Of a DNA stretch of 64,000 bases, positions 26,079 to 39,260 are shown piece after piece. The number at the start of each line of letters is the position of its first letter. Position 1 is the first letter of the stretch. The position numbers were made by a program, and so were the translations under genes. The notes below the pieces were generated by a model that was not told where the DNA came from, ran no database searches, and saw only the letters and a list, made by a program, of their open reading frames with translations. The stretch comes from Chara braunii (taxonomy: Eukaryota > Plantae > Charophyceae), in assembly GCA_003427395.1 (NCBI GenBank), contig BFEA01000021.1:5186108-5250107 (forward strand). The letters run 5' to 3'.

Positions 26079-26125
26079 GTTTCCTGGACTTTGGCTAATA
26101 TCAAGTGTAGTAAATGCTCTGATCA
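26079..26125 (+). pseudogene. Degenerate U2 snRNA 5' fragment
   Basis: TTTGGCTAATATCAAGTGTAGTA versus U2 UUUGGCUAAGAUCAAGUGUAGUA, including the branch-site motif GUAGUA. Confidence 0.65.
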
Positions 26126-26137
26126 AACTTGATAATA

Positions 26138-26250
26138 AATAAACAGTCGCTACCCCCTGTTATGTGCCACTTTTGCAAAGAAAAGCACTCCTCCTTCCCA
26201 AGCCACGGAGTCACTTTGCTGAGTTCCTTCAACATGGTTATCTCAAGCGC
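26138..26250 (-). pseudogene. Organellar (probably mitochondrial) LSU rRNA fragment, NUMT
   Basis: AATAAACAGTCGCTACCCCCTG...CGGAGTCACTTTGCTGAGTTCCTTCAACATGGTTATCTCAAGCGC is the reverse complement of a conserved 23S/26S rRNA segment, recalled as mitochondrial type. Confidence 0.7.
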
Positions 26251-26257
26251 AATATCT

Positions 26258-26341
26258 TTTTAATTCCCCCCCCCCCCCCCTCCCCTTGCCCATGCTAATC
26301 TTCTCTGTATGGTTCCAATTTTAACGGATGTCCCGAAGGAC
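26258..26341 (-). pseudogene. U6: U6 5'-half retrocopy with G-tract/A tail and 17-bp TSD
   Basis: Minus strand GTCCTTCGGGACATCCGTTAAAATTGGAACCATACAGAGAAGATTAGCATGG. TSD TCTCAAGCGCAATATCT at 26241-26257 and 26342-26358. Confidence 0.92.
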
Positions 26342-26409
26342 TCTCAAGCGCAATATCTAATCCGCGATCCATCGGGGGAAAAAAAAAAGGAGCAAAAAAG
26401 GAGTGAAAC

Positions 26410-26583
26410 CTGGTTGGGCCTACAGTAGCTCTTCAGTTGGTTCACCCATGAAATGTTGAAATGCAGACTGAAGTTTGAATCCCTATACAACCAGATGACC
26501 ACAACAAAATCATTCTGTGAATTACCTGGGGACCAGCCAGTTCAATAATGATATCTCAAGGCTGTTGCCCTTCCGCAAAAAAA
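26410..26583 (+). mobile_element. tRNA-derived SINE (same family)
   Basis: Head similar to 23119; tail TTACCTGGGG...GATATCTCAAGGCTGTTGCCCTT; flanked by A-rich GGAGTGAAA duplication. Minus-strand relatives at about 21311-21367, 26951-27080, and 45258-45310 plus 55266-55332. Confidence 0.75.
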
Positions 26584-27132
26584 GGGAGTGAAAGCGGTTC
26601 TCACACAAGTGACACTGCCCTTGACATTATTGCACACTGAGGTTTGGTCTTCAGACAAATCAATTGACACATGTAGGTGTGAAGTTGTGAAACAGTTAAT
26701 AGCAGAAATTACCAGAGCAGCCGAGCTTGCAAAACTTTTCTATCGCAGATTGTGACAGTAGTCGAACGCCGACACCACCCCTGGTCATCATAGTCCTCTC
26801 ATCAGGGTTTGAAATACCAACAACACATCAGTCGACATATGCTGCAGGACCATATTAAGGCCCTGTTTGGGAAGACAAAAAAGAATCTATCTTTTGATTC
26901 TTTTCTGATCCATTTTCTTTTCTTTTCTTTTTTACCCTGCCTAAAAGGACAGGGCGACGGCCTTGAGATATCATCATCGCAATGACCGGCTCTGGGTTAT
27001 TCAGAGTCGCAGTGTTTTTAACTGATTCACTCGTTTGCTTCCTGCGGAGTTCAACTCATAGTCTCTATTTCAACAGTTCTGATTCTCTTTCTGGAATATA
27101 TAGATCAACATAGCAGGCTGGATGAATCTTAC

Positions 27133-27407
27133 CTGTCTCCACCGCCCTCTTCTTCTACCTCAATGTGGCCGCTGTGGTCAGCACTTGACGGCAGGACATG
27201 GTTCCTCGCATCATCCGCATCGTCCAGTGGTGTCAGCGAACTTGCAGAGTGCAGGGTTTGCCTCTGCATGATGGCTCTCCACACTTTCAACCGATTGCCC
27301 GATGAGAACCATTTCTTATCTTGTCCATACGCATGGAGGATCAGGACTGGAAACTGTAGTATTGTCATAACAGCCTCAGTCACAGTGATCACACCTGGTG
27401 TCCACAC
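27133..27407 (-). CDS. MHX: MHX internal exon
   Basis: VWTPGVITVTEAVMTILQFPVLILHAYGQDKKW... matches the MHX VWSPxVIT/HAYAQDKRW segment. TTGCAG acceptor at 27409-27408; AG|GTAAG donor at 27132. Confidence 0.92.
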
Positions 27408-27700
27408 CTGCAACACAAAGCATGTGCACAGACAACTTGATAAGGCCATCATTCTGGTGTACCAAGGAGCACGACAAGGTCCAATGAACTGTTGTGCTAC
27501 CCTCAGTCTGTACTTTATTTGCCTCAGACCTCATCCCTGCATGTGCGGATTCGAACCGGCGACCTCAGCCTCTAGAGCCAAGTTACCCCCAGTCAAAGGG
27601 AAACAAAAAGTGAAAGAAAGAAAAGCACCAAGCCGATGAAACAGTAGCACACCCAACTACCACAGGTTACGCTTACGATGGACTGCTTTCCGAACCCTAA

Positions 27701-27910
27701 ACCACCAGTACCTCCGAGCCTCTTCTCTGCCGAGGCAGAGTTGCGCTGCACGCCAAAGATGAAACAAACATGGCACAGTGTCGTTTTCGCTTTGGCTGGA
27801 GCTGCCAGCCAAAGATGTCCACGAGGCCAACCCTGCTCACGCCCCCGACGAACCCAGAATGCCAACCCTGCTCACACCCCCGGAGTTTTCCGGGGCAGTG
27901 TACTGGTGGT
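27701..27910. mobile_element. MITE of the ACCACCAGTAC family with CTAA TSD
   Basis: CTAA|ACCACCAGTAC ... GTACTGGTGGT|CTAA. Confidence 0.85.
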
Positions 27911-29399
27911 CTAATAGAAGAAAAAAACAAGACAGAGATCTGCAAAACAGTGGATTTCCTTAACTAGGCAGACAAGAGACGTGATCAACTCACGCACCAT
28001 ACTTTCTGATTACAACTCAGTTTCGTAAGTTTCAATATCAAAAACAGGAAAAGATGAAGGGAGAGAAATGTGCAAGGAAAATGAGTGCGAGTGAATGAGA
28101 GAAATCCAAATTGCATCGTCACATTGAGAACCAGATAGTCACGTGTCGCACAGAAAGCAGAAATGCACCAATTTGGCAATTAGTAATTACACACCAATAA
28201 GAGCGAAGCAATGGACCGAGTCGTCGATGTCAGCCCCTTTTCTCGCCACCATCAACAAATTTTCCAATGTCGCTCTTCCATCTGGCGCATGGCGCCCAAT
28301 CTACAGACTCGACGACCTATACTAGCCTATCAGCTACAACCATGCAACCGGAAGACCGCAGCAGCAGAACTGGTGTACATGCAGATGTTGCCAATGCAGA
28401 CCTCCGAGACTACCAGGAACATCCTTCTCTCACTCTCTCTCTCATTCCTCTTCTGTCTGCCCGAACATGCATGTTGCCGTGTCCCAAGGACTACCAACTA
28501 ACCACCACCGGCAACAAGGAGCAGCAGCCCGGCTATGGCTGCTCTCCAGCACTGCATCCAGCAGCGCTCGTCCAGCGCCCGCGTGCACACAACCTGGCCA
28601 GCGCTCGCCTGCCCAAATCACAATGTGGCAGGGCTCGCACAGCAATGTGCCAGCCAGAATGTCTGGCCAGGCTGTGAGCACGCACTTTCCTTTCTGGAAA
28701 GTGCCTACTGCATGGACTTCCCTGGGCTGGACGTCGCTGGTTCCCAGTAGCTTCAAGATCAGTCCCAGTATCTGCGCCCAGTCCCAGTTCCGACAGCGGC
28801 GTGGGACCGAATCAGTTACAGTCGCCCAGCCGTGCGACGTAGCACGCACCGTCTCCAGGACACCCTTTGGCTGAGAGCCAATGTGCGACGTGGTTCCCTC
28901 AGGTGCGGCCTGGGCGCAAGGCTGTGGTCTCACACGGCCTCCGTAACCAACTGGCGTCCAGTAACTGTCTGGGGTGCCCCACATTCTTAGATAGGCCAAA
29001 AAATAGGTCGCGTTGGCAAATGCAGGCCCACCTTCACTTAGGGTGGGCACAGTGCTTGTCAATGGGGCCCGTTGGATGCTGCTGAGGGTTCAGACCCTCG
29101 CAAATGTGTTACAGAAGGCACTTGATTTACATGCACCACGGTAAGCACCGCCACTAGGAAGTGCTAATACAGCATGCCCACACAACACCCATCGCAGAGG
29201 CAGAAATTGTCAGCCAGGACATTGAAGCCATGCAACAGTCAGCACCTTTGAGCATGCATGCACCCCCCAACTCCAGAGCCTGGTGCGGTTCGCCGTTGAA
29301 AGAGCACTGAGGGGCTGTGTGAAAATGAGCACGGGATATGCGTCACCATGAACGTTCCCCTAAAAAAATTGAGATCAAGCCCCGGATATCCTGTGAGTT

Positions 29400-30848
29400 C
29401 CAAAATGTCTCGGCCCCAGTATTCCCTAGTAGGGTGGCACATGACACAAGATCGCAGGATAGAGCCGCATCCAGAAACCCATCTTTTCTTGTCCAGCCAG
29501 CCATCAAGATCCCACCCAGCCAGCCAGTCAGTAAAGACGCAGCCACTCCTCCCGACTATATTCCTGACTCTCCCTCATAGATTGCCAAAAGACAAAGCAA
29601 CTCTGGCACGATATGGAATTAACCTGGAACAAGCACTCTAATGAAACCATCGCGATCAACCCAGGCACCCTATTCCTAGAAGTAGAACAAGACCCACCCC
29701 GCAAAGGTTTTGAGCTTTTCTTCTTCTCACTCATCAGGAAATCGACCCTTTGGACTATCTGGAAAAGGAGATGCACAGCACCCTTCGGCGACAATAGTAA
29801 CACCCCTGAAACCCCCTCATAGCCATTAAACATATGTTGGAAACCGCAATCCAAGCATGATGGAACATAACATACACGAAACTCCAGTCCCTACAAAATG
29901 CCCCAGATAAGAAACAAGAGATCATTAATAAATTCATTTCCCTGAATCTAGGCAACAGGAAACTAGGAACAGTAGAAAAAGAACAGACACCGATATATAA
30001 ACCTTACTATCAACCCAGCCTAACCACCTACCGCCGCACCCGCCCCCCCAACCACCTACCACCGCACCCCCCCCAACCACTGCCCAACATCAAACTTCTC
30101 CCGAAACCTCACCATCTAAACACCTTCCCATCCTTCAGGTCTCATTCCCACACCACAAACCCAACTCGCCTACGTCATCCACTCCACATTAAATTCTAAC
30201 ACCTATTACCCACCACACCAACCCCCCATCAAGATAAACGGTCCAAGCTCCCAATAACGGCTCAGTCAACGCGCCTCCTGCCTCCCAGATCTCTAGGTTT
30301 TAGGGTTTTAGCTTCAGATGCTTCTTTCAAGGTAGCTTTCAGACGTTACTCTCTGAAGTTACTTCAGCTTGGTCAACATGCGGACCCTGTTACCGAGGGT
30401 TTAGGGTTTCAGCCTCAGACTTTACTTTCAAGGAAAACTGCTCCAAAGGATTGCGGAATTAGAGCAAAAGGGTCCATCACACCCACAGTCCCAGGAAAAC
30501 ACAGACACGTCATAGGTCCAATCGACAGTGAGGAACAGACAGAAAAGAGACCGGAACTGTCGAGCAAAGTCAAGTAGCAGACACATAGCTTCCAAGGAAA
30601 ATAACAGCCTAGAACAGGCCAACTTAAGCAGGGTGAAGATCAGTACATCCTACTTCAAGGAAGTAATCAATGCCGTCATCTGGGCCTCCGCACCATAAGG
30701 GGGAGGAGCGTGAGTGAGTAAGCATTGTACTATCTTGGACTTCCCAGGGGAATAGGAACCGGGCTGATGCTCCCCAGAATGGAAAAAAAGCCAGAACCAT
30801 AAGGTTCTGCTTGGGTAAAAAAAAAATAATAATAATAATAATAATAAA
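29400..30848 (+). mobile_element. 5'-truncated degenerate LINE of a related family
   Basis: LIRKSTLWTIWKRRC resembles LLRKLALWVIWKRRC of the long LINE. Carries the same 3' tail at about 30700-30815, followed by A/(AAT)n. The 5' limit is approximate. Confidence 0.75.
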
Positions 30849-31177
30849 ATCCTGACTCTCCCTTCTTCTGATCTCTCCATCAAACGCATGCATTCCATCG
30901 CCTACCAATGCTACCATCATAACCACGGCCTCCTCCACTTCTGCTCTTCAGCCCCTACATAATCGCTGCCGTGCCCCACACCAAAAGGTCTTCTCTGCGT
31001 CCCTCGACTTCTGGTCTTCAGTCCTTACATAATCCCTCCAGGCATATGCTCACAGGCAGCTGAGCGGAGCACTGGTCGTTTAGCCATTGGGGAAAGGGAA
31101 GGTGGGGCAGAGGGGGACAAAGCACATCACAGGAAAAGGTAAGCCAACCCATGCCATCAATGTATGTCCTTGTTTAC

Positions 31178-31353
31178 CTGAACAATGAGGATCAACCAGA
31201 TGTATGCCCATATAGACCATGTGAATTCCACCACCCAAACTCCGAAATTCTGTATCTTCTTGATGCTTCCTGCCTTCGGCACAAGAACACATACAGCAAG
31301 AATCGGAAACACATTGAAGGCGGCTGACCCAATAATGGTTCCCGTGCCGAGAC
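31178..31353 (-). CDS. MHX: MHX internal exon
   Basis: (G)[58 protein letters not shown], read by hand in a frame not listed in the ORF track. TGCAG acceptor, CAG|GTAAAC donor, phases 1 to 0, compatible with neighbours. Confidence 0.94.
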
Positions 31354-32119
31354 CTGCACAATGGAGAGGAGATCAGTACTTTTTTTTCTTTTTTTTTTCC
31401 TTTACTTTTCCCACCACTTCTTTTAAATACACTTTCTTGAGGTTTCTTCACACAAGCAGGGTGAAACTGGGATGACGGAATTTCAAATGGGCATCGGTCA
31501 TGCTTCAAAAAGGCTACACTAAAAGGTAAATGGCAAAATGCAGTTCAGGTAAGAGGCAGCAATTTTCTGTTTGGAGAATCATTCCATCTCCATCCCTGTA
31601 ATCACAGCAATGTCAATGGAAATGATTTGTTTTTTTTTTTTTTGGGGGGGGGGGAGAAATGGTGCAGAAAATGTGCAGTGTCAAAAGAACAGAAAAGAGG
31701 TGCATACTCTTACTACAAAAAAATCTCTGACCAAAAAAAGTGCTCTTCTTGCAAAAAGCTACTTTCTTGTCAACGTCGAGACCGGCAGACTCACTCCATG
31801 GTGGACAACGAGGTGCAAGAAAGAGAGTCCACAGTAGTACTCATAGCAGACTCCATCTTCAGCACGAGTTCAGCATAATCCAGATCGAGATGGTCTGTCA
31901 CAGGCATTAAACCTTCGGCTGTTAGGCAGGGCAATCCAAGAAGCGTGCAAAGAATGTCTGAGAGCAAAAGTCCTGATCTGTTTTCGGGAATGCTGTTTCA
32001 GGGAACCGCTCAGGCGCGTAGAGGGAGGGGTTATGGAGTTATCAGTCTGGGTGTTACTGAATGTTAACCCTTCCGAACAGAAGCACTCAATGCTGACAGG
32101 ATATCCCCTGAATGTTGAA

Positions 32120-32522
32120 ATGATGCTTCTGAGTGAGTAGCAGTATTTCGTGGCTTGGCAGTGGAATAGGAACCAGACTGACGCTACCCAGAACAGATGG
32201 AGAAGTTCTTCCTTAAAAGAAAAGGTCAGAAGGGAAAAAAAAAAAAAAAAAAGGAAGCACGAGACGAGAACACAGCAGAGGAGAAGAGAAGCAAGTTCAG
32301 TGCCTACCCAATGGCTGCATAGTGCACACATGCAACAGTTGACTGTTGATAGACAGGTCGNACCCAATGGCTGCATAGTGCACACATGCAACAGTTGACT
32401 GTTGATAGACAGGTCGCGAGTTCAAAATTCAAAGCCACATGGATGCAATAACGTCAAGGGACTGCTCCCTTCAAAATAAAACAAAAATTAAAAGATAGAT
32501 AGATAGATAGGTAGGTAGGTAG

Positions 32523-32579
<57 letters not shown>

Positions 32580-33700
32580 GACGACAGAAACAGTTCAAGG
32601 AACAACAAGAGAACTAGAGCAGCGAAGTAAGAAACAAGAAGAGCGGAAGAGAAGCGAGGGTTGCACTCACTCTTACGAAATCACCCGGCAGCCATTGCCC
32701 TCGAGCAAGCTGAGAAGTGCAAGGCACCCAGCATTACCTGCATCTCCTAGCCATAAGGGGAGAAATGAATGTGTTTATATAATTATATGATTATTATTAC
32801 CATAATATACAATAAGGCATCGTAATTCCTGACTTGATCTGCCAGTCACCACAGTGAAGAGAGCCATAGCCATGAAGCTATGTCTCATTCCCTTTTTAAT
32901 ACAGGAAAGGGTTTGCCATAGAGAAGGGAGTGACCCCGCTAAAATGTGTGAGTACGTGGGTGAGTGAATGAGCAAGCGAGCAAGGGAGTGAGCATAGCAT
33001 GCATGTGCATGAGAGAACGAGCGAGTGAGCGAGCGAGTGAGCGAGTGAGGGAGTGAGGTGCATGCGAGTGAGAGAACGAGTGAGTGAACGAGCAAGCGAG
33101 GGAGCGAGGAAGTGAGGGAGCGAGGGAGTGAGTCCGTGATTGATCGAGGGAGTAAGTCAGTGATTGATTGATGGAGCAAGTGAGAAAGTGAGCAAGGGAA
33201 GGAGCAGGAGAACGAGCAAGGGAACGACTGAGGGAATGGCTGAAAGATGAGCGGAGCGAGCAAGTAAAAAAAGTGTGAGCGAGCAGGTGAGGGAGCGGTT
33301 GAGGGAGCACATCGGGGAGCAGGGAGGGAGCACGGGAGGGATCACGCACACTTGCAAGGCATCGCTGGCAGTCCAGGCAAGCAACATTATAAATGAGTGG
33401 ATGCTTCTGAGTAGGTAGCAATTTTGTGGCTTGGCGGTGGAGTAGAAACCAGACCGACGATCCCCAGAATAGACGGAGTTGTTCTTCCTTACAAGGAGAA
33501 AAAGCCAGAGGGAAAAGAAAAGAAAAGAAAGCACGAGAAGAGAACACAGCAGAGGAGAAGAGAAACAAGTTCAGTGCCCGCCCAATGGCGGCATAGCACA
33601 CACATGCAACTGTTGATAGACAGGTCGCGAGTTCAAAATTCAGATCCTCATGAACACAATAATGTCAAGGGACTGCTCCCTTCAAAACAAAACAAAAATG

Positions 33701-33733
<33 letters not shown>

Positions 33734-33767
33734 CACAATAATGTCAAGGGACTGCTCCCTTCAAAAC

Positions 33768-33812
<45 letters not shown>

Positions 33813-33854
33813 ACAATAATGTCAAAGGACTGGTCCCTTCAAAACAAAACAAAA

Positions 33855-33888
<34 letters not shown>

Positions 33889-33997
33889 ACAATAATGTCA
33901 AGGGGCTGCTCTCTTCAAAACAAAACAAAAAGTAGAGAGAGAGAGAGAGAACACAATAATGTCAAGGGACTGCTCTCTTCAAAACGAAACAAAAAGT

Positions 33998-34032
<35 letters not shown>

Positions 34033-34251
34033 ACAATAATGTCAAGGGACTGCTCCCTTCAAAACAAAACAAAAAGTAAAGAGGAGAGAGAGAGAAACAC
34101 AATAATGTCAACGGACTGCTCCCTTCAAAACAAAACAAAAAGTAAAGAGGAGAGAGAGAGAACACAACAATGTCAAGGGACTTCTCCCTTCCAAACAAAA
34201 CAAAAATTAAAGAGGTGATGGACAGAAAGTGAAAGAGAGAGAGCACAATAA

Positions 34252-34292
<41 letters not shown>

Positions 34293-35130
34293 GAAAGCAG
34301 TTAAAGAAACAACGTGAGAATGAGAGCGGTGGAGTAAGAAACAAGAAGAGCGGAAGAGAAGCGAGGGTTGCACTCACTCTTACAGAATCACCCGGCAGCC
34401 ATCACCTTCGAGCAAGCTGAGAAGTGCAAGGCACCCGGCATTACCTGCATCTCCTAGCCATAACGGGGAGAAATGAATGGGTTTGTTTAATTACTTGATT
34501 ATTATTACCATAATATGCAATAATACATACTAATTCCTGACTTGAACTGACGTTCACCACAGTGAAGAGAGCCGTAGCCATGAAGCTATGTTTCATCCCC
34601 TTTTTTTAATATAGAAAAGGGTTTGCCAGGAAGGTACGACTTCTTACTAACTGCGTGAGTGCATGGACGAGTGAATGAGCAAGCAAGTGCGCAAGTAAGG
34701 GAGCGAGAAAGTAAGGCAGTGAGCAGTAAGGGAGTGAGTATAGCAAGCATGCGAGCGAGGGAGAGGGAGTGAGGGAGGGCCGGAGTGAGCAAGTGAGTGA
34801 GTGAGCGAGTGAGCGAGTGGCGAGCGAGCGAGGGACTGATTCAGTGAGGGAGTGAGGGAGTGAGTCAGTGATTGATTGATGGAGCAAGTGAGAACGCGAG
34901 CAAGCGAAGGAGCAGGGGAATGAGGAAGGGAACGAGTGAGGGAATGGCTGAGAGGATGAGCAGAGCGAGCAAGTGAAGCGTGCGAGCGAACGTGTGAGTG
35001 AGCAGGTTAAGGAGCGGGTGAGGGAGCAAGTGAGGGAGCAAGTGAGGGAGCGCGCCGGGAAACAGGGGACGGAGCACGGGAGGGATCACAGGCACTTGCA
35101 ATGCATTGCAGGCACTCCAGGCAAGCAACA
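32120..35130 (+). repeat. Diverged tandem duplication (about 32120-33390 and 33400-35130) with a minisatellite expansion at 33654-34260
   Basis: Both units carry a degenerate LINE tail, a GGGTTGCACTCACTCTTAC block and GAGC/GAGT-rich DNA. About 10 copies of CACAATAATGTCAAGGGACTGCTCCCTTCAAAAC+(GA)n in the second unit. Confidence 0.88.
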
Positions 35131-36169
35131 TTGGCACAGAGTAGCTAAAGCTTGCACCCCAAAGAAAAATTGGCACAAAGTTTAGACACCAGATATGTAA
35201 ACGTTAACACCACTACAAGAACTCTTCAACAAGCCTGAGGTGATCTCAAGAGCAGAAAGAGCACTCTGAGAGTGGACATAGACCAAACACTGAAGCTCGA
35301 TCACAAAGCTCAGCCTTACATCGATCTGCTACCTTGCCATGGCAGTATGTGGATGCACATAGCCTTGTTCCAAACACTCTACCAAAATATGGCCTGTTGT
35401 GGGCTTGTGCCCTTTCCACTCACTGAGAAGAGGCGTGCGCTTGGAAGTCTTGCACGCTCGGATATCCCAATCTTCTACAGCGCGGTAACCAGGACATCTG
35501 CACTACCTGCATGCATTCTACTATCGTCGTCTTTGTAAAAAGCGACCGACCGTATAAGAGGCCGTGTTCCAAACACAAATGGATCTACTACCTTGCCCCT
35601 CCACTACCTGCATGCACACAACTATAGTCACGATCCAAACACCAAACACCATATGGCCTGTCATGGGCGTGTCTTTTACATGCGATGATATATCCCAACC
35701 TTCTACAAGGAGATCAGTGATTCAGTGGTTTAAAAAACTGTGCAGATCGCTTCCTGCCAGGTTGAATACTTCCTCTCTAGTTCCAAGTTAGAATCTGAAG
35801 ACAATCTAACTTGAGCCGATATAACTGCCACCCTGTGAAACACCTCTTCTACAGTTCTCCCATCATCTACACTCCCAATTGAATGGAGCAAATGGGAGCC
35901 CACCCATGATAAGTCAGTCAAAGACAGTAGTCACAACCAGCTGTGTCTGATCAAATTCTGCCCTTTTTTCTCCATGATTTGCACAATTTCCATAAATATG
36001 GTTAATAATTCCCTCTAGCCCAACAAATGTTCTGCACACTTTGCATTCTTTTACGCATTTTCCTTCACGCCACGCGGTTTTATAAATGTCAACGCACTTT
36101 TTTATGTATTTTTACTATTTTCTTTCATGCCCATATTCTCTATTAAAAATTGAAGTCCTAAAGGAAAAG

Positions 36170-38640
36170 AAAGCCAGGAAGATGGATGTATCATCCCAGC
36201 CCCAGTCTGAACTTTGTATATGGACAACACCACATCCTCAGGTGCATGATCTGCATCTGGACGGTGCTAATGTTTGGGTCCATTCAAACTACCACCTTTT
36301 TCTCTAATAGAAGTATTAGAACCACCTCTTCCTCTATTAGCATTATTAGAATTAATAGAATTTTTAGATTTATAATAAAAAAAAGAATGGCAGGTGGACG
36401 GATGCATCATCCCAGTCCCCATCTGAACTATGTAAACGGGCAGGGCCAGGTGCATGATCTGCATCCGGATTGTACTAACTTTTGGGTGCATCCAAACTAC
36501 CAACATTTTTCACTATTAATTTATTAAATCCTAAAACGAACGCCAGGAAGATGGATATATCATGCCCAGCCCCTGTCTGTAAGTACGGACAGCGTCACAT
36601 AAACAGACCAGGTGCATGATCTGCATCTGGACGGCACTAAGTTCTGGGTGCATCCGGACTGACCAGTCGATAATTCACAAATCTCCTCCGTGATCAGTGG
36701 ATCGTTCACACAAACTAGAGTAGCTCAACGTAGAAAGTCCACTCTTCACAAACGAGAAGAATAGCTAAAGCTAGGAAGCACCTACGATAATTCACAAATC
36801 TACTCGGTGCAAGCACAGACTCGCACTGGCGACTTCGGCCTCAAGAGCCAGGAAGTGAATCTGGTCACAGATTCGAACTGGCGACTTCGGTCTCAAGAGC
36901 CAGGAAGTGAATCTACTCGGTGACCAGTCGATAATTCACAAGTCTACTCCGTGATCAGCGGATTGTTCACAAACAAGAAGAGTAGCTCAAAGTAGAACCA
37001 GCCCGAAGTGATGGCGGGACGAGCATATAGAAATGTATGACGATAACGAAAAAGCTTAAACCTGGACACATGCAAATGAAGCAAGAGCTCGAGGATCTGG
37101 GATCAACTAGAAAAGAGACAAAGCATAATCATCTGTGTGAGTCCCCAGGCAGCCCGGCTGGGGGAAGGTCTCCAGGTACCCTCCCAGGCAGCCCGAGTAG
37201 GGTCCTGGGCAATCCCAGCGCATTATACTTTAACAAATAGACAATAAAAAAAATCAAAAAAATCCGAAAACAAAATATGTTCTGTAAAATTGCAATACAA
37301 ACGACTTTTCGCTGAGGGCCACCTCGATAATTTTAAGATAAAAAAATATATGAGAAAACGTGAGCCCAAATGTACCCTTTTAACCCCTTTAGTCACTGTT
37401 TACACCCCCCAAACCCCCCTGGATGACCCATCACCGAAACCGGAGTTAGGACCGGATTCTGACTGCTTAGGCCAAGCGCAATCCTGGCCCGAAGTCTTTT
37501 TTGGGGGGGGAGGGGAGGGGGGCGGATCCTTGCCTCTTTTTTGACCCGTCTGGTTTTGCTGGGCGACCTCCCGTCTGCCCAACTGGCCAGGGTGTGCCAG
37601 GCCGGGCGACGGCCCAACATAGTTATTCATAGAAAACAACTGACAATAAAGCAAAGGCTTGACGGTCGCCAGTTCATTAGAAAGTGAGATGAAAATAAAG
37701 CAAGGGCTTGAAGGTCTTTTGAATCCACTAGAAAAGACATATCTACCTTCTCATAGAAAAGAGCTGGCAATACAGCTAAGGCTGAAAGGTCTGTATTCAC
37801 TAGAAAAGAGAGATGCAAATAGAGCAAAGACTGAAAGGTCTGGAGTCTAGTACACACAGAGACATGCAAATAAAGCAAAGGTTTCAATTTTCAAGGTCTT
37901 TTGGCAATAGAGCTAAGGCTGAAAGGTCTGTATTCACTAGAAAAGAGAGATGCAAATAGAACGAAGGCTGAAAGTCCTGGAGTCTAGTACACACAGATAT
38001 ACAAATAAAGCAAAGGTTTCAATTTTCCAGGTCTAAAGAATCAATTATTTAAACAGCCACTTCACCCAAAGCAGAGTAGAGCAATACCGGTTTACAGAGG
38101 AAGAGCATTTTAATTCAGGCCACGTCTGTTCACGAAAGCGGCAGGCCACTTTGAGGAGGAGCGGTTGCAGGCTCGCGCGCCTTGGAAGGTAGCTCCGCCA
38201 ACTTAGGCTCATGTGAACTGCTGGTTTATAACTTTACACCACAAGTTCACACAAACTTTAGTGCTCTTGCTGGCATACGCGATGATGGCATTTCGATTCG
38301 GACCTGGGCTGGTAGCGAAAAAGGTGGCAAGACACTTTGACAAGGCACAGTTGCAGGCTCGTGAGCCTTGGGTCGCTAACCAAACATGTGAACTGGTGGT
38401 TTAAGAGAGATATCCCTGACCAATTCTGTTCACTAACTTCACTCCTCTTTACTAATCAGACATTCCCTAGTATGCAAATAAACAAACGGTTTAAAGTTTA
38501 AAGGTCTGAAATCCACAATTCCTTTTTCTTTTTTTCTTTTGGGAAAATTTTGGTCCAATCTATTTGTGGCATCTACCACTTTAAGAACAGAGATATACAA
38601 ATAAAGCAAAGGGTTGGAGGTCTCTTGAAACCGCTAGAAA
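36170..38640 (+). repeat. Several adjacent degenerate tandem repeats
   Basis: GGTGCATGATCTGCATC x3 (36170-36660); GATAATTCACAA units (36660-37000); ATGCAAATAAAGCAAAGG units (37640-38640). Confidence 0.75.
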
Positions 38641-38651
38641 AGTGTACACAC

Positions 38652-38789
38652 CTCCTGGAGGCTGTCCTAGTGTTTGCACTGCATCAATCAATGCCAGTGA
38701 TATCTGTGGCGCCGAAGTACCGAATGCCAGAAGCGTGATGTCAGCCACAGTGTTGTTCCATATTCTCCCCACATGTTTGTCCAGATGAC
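38652..38789 (-). CDS. MHX: MHX exon containing the alpha-1 repeat (most 5' exon found)
   Basis: [45 protein letters not shown](G). Pyrimidine tract plus ACAG acceptor at 38791-38790; phase-1 donor GT at 38651 fits the next exon. Confidence 0.93.
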
Positions 38790-39260
38790 CTGTTCCAACA
38801 TAAATAATGACGAGGGCAGAGGGGGCGGAGGAGTGGGGAGAGATGAGAAAGGGAGAAAAAGTTCAGAAAGACCAACACGCCACGAAATAAAGTTAATCAA
38901 ACAGACATGACGGGGAATATAGGACAAAGAAAGCTTTTGCCATTGCAATTCTTCATCATTCCTGTAAGGCTTGGCCCTCCAAATCACAACATCTCAAAAC
39001 GAGCGGCCAGATCGAGTCCCTCTTTTACAAGGACTCAAATCTGACCGCTCATTTTGCCATTTTGCGATTTTGAGGGCCGAGTGTGAGTATGCCCTGGCAA
39101 AGCCATCCATTTGGGTCTGATTGACCCGAGCCTCCAGACTTTTCGGAGGGGCTCTCTCATTTTCTCTCAAGTTGCCTGGGGCCATGTACTCGACGTCGTG
39201 GAAAAAGCAGTTGAATTGCAAGAGCAACCCGTATGACCATCACACACGACAATAGAAAAA

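Noticed and set aside
27625-27660. YCFIGL peptide matching the missing MHX first TM helix
   Set aside because: It lies between internal exons, in the wrong order, and the flanking residues do not match.
33654-34260. CRISPR-like repeated 40-mer with variable spacers
   Set aside because: The spacers are just (GA)n tracts; eukaryotic minisatellite with no cas genes.
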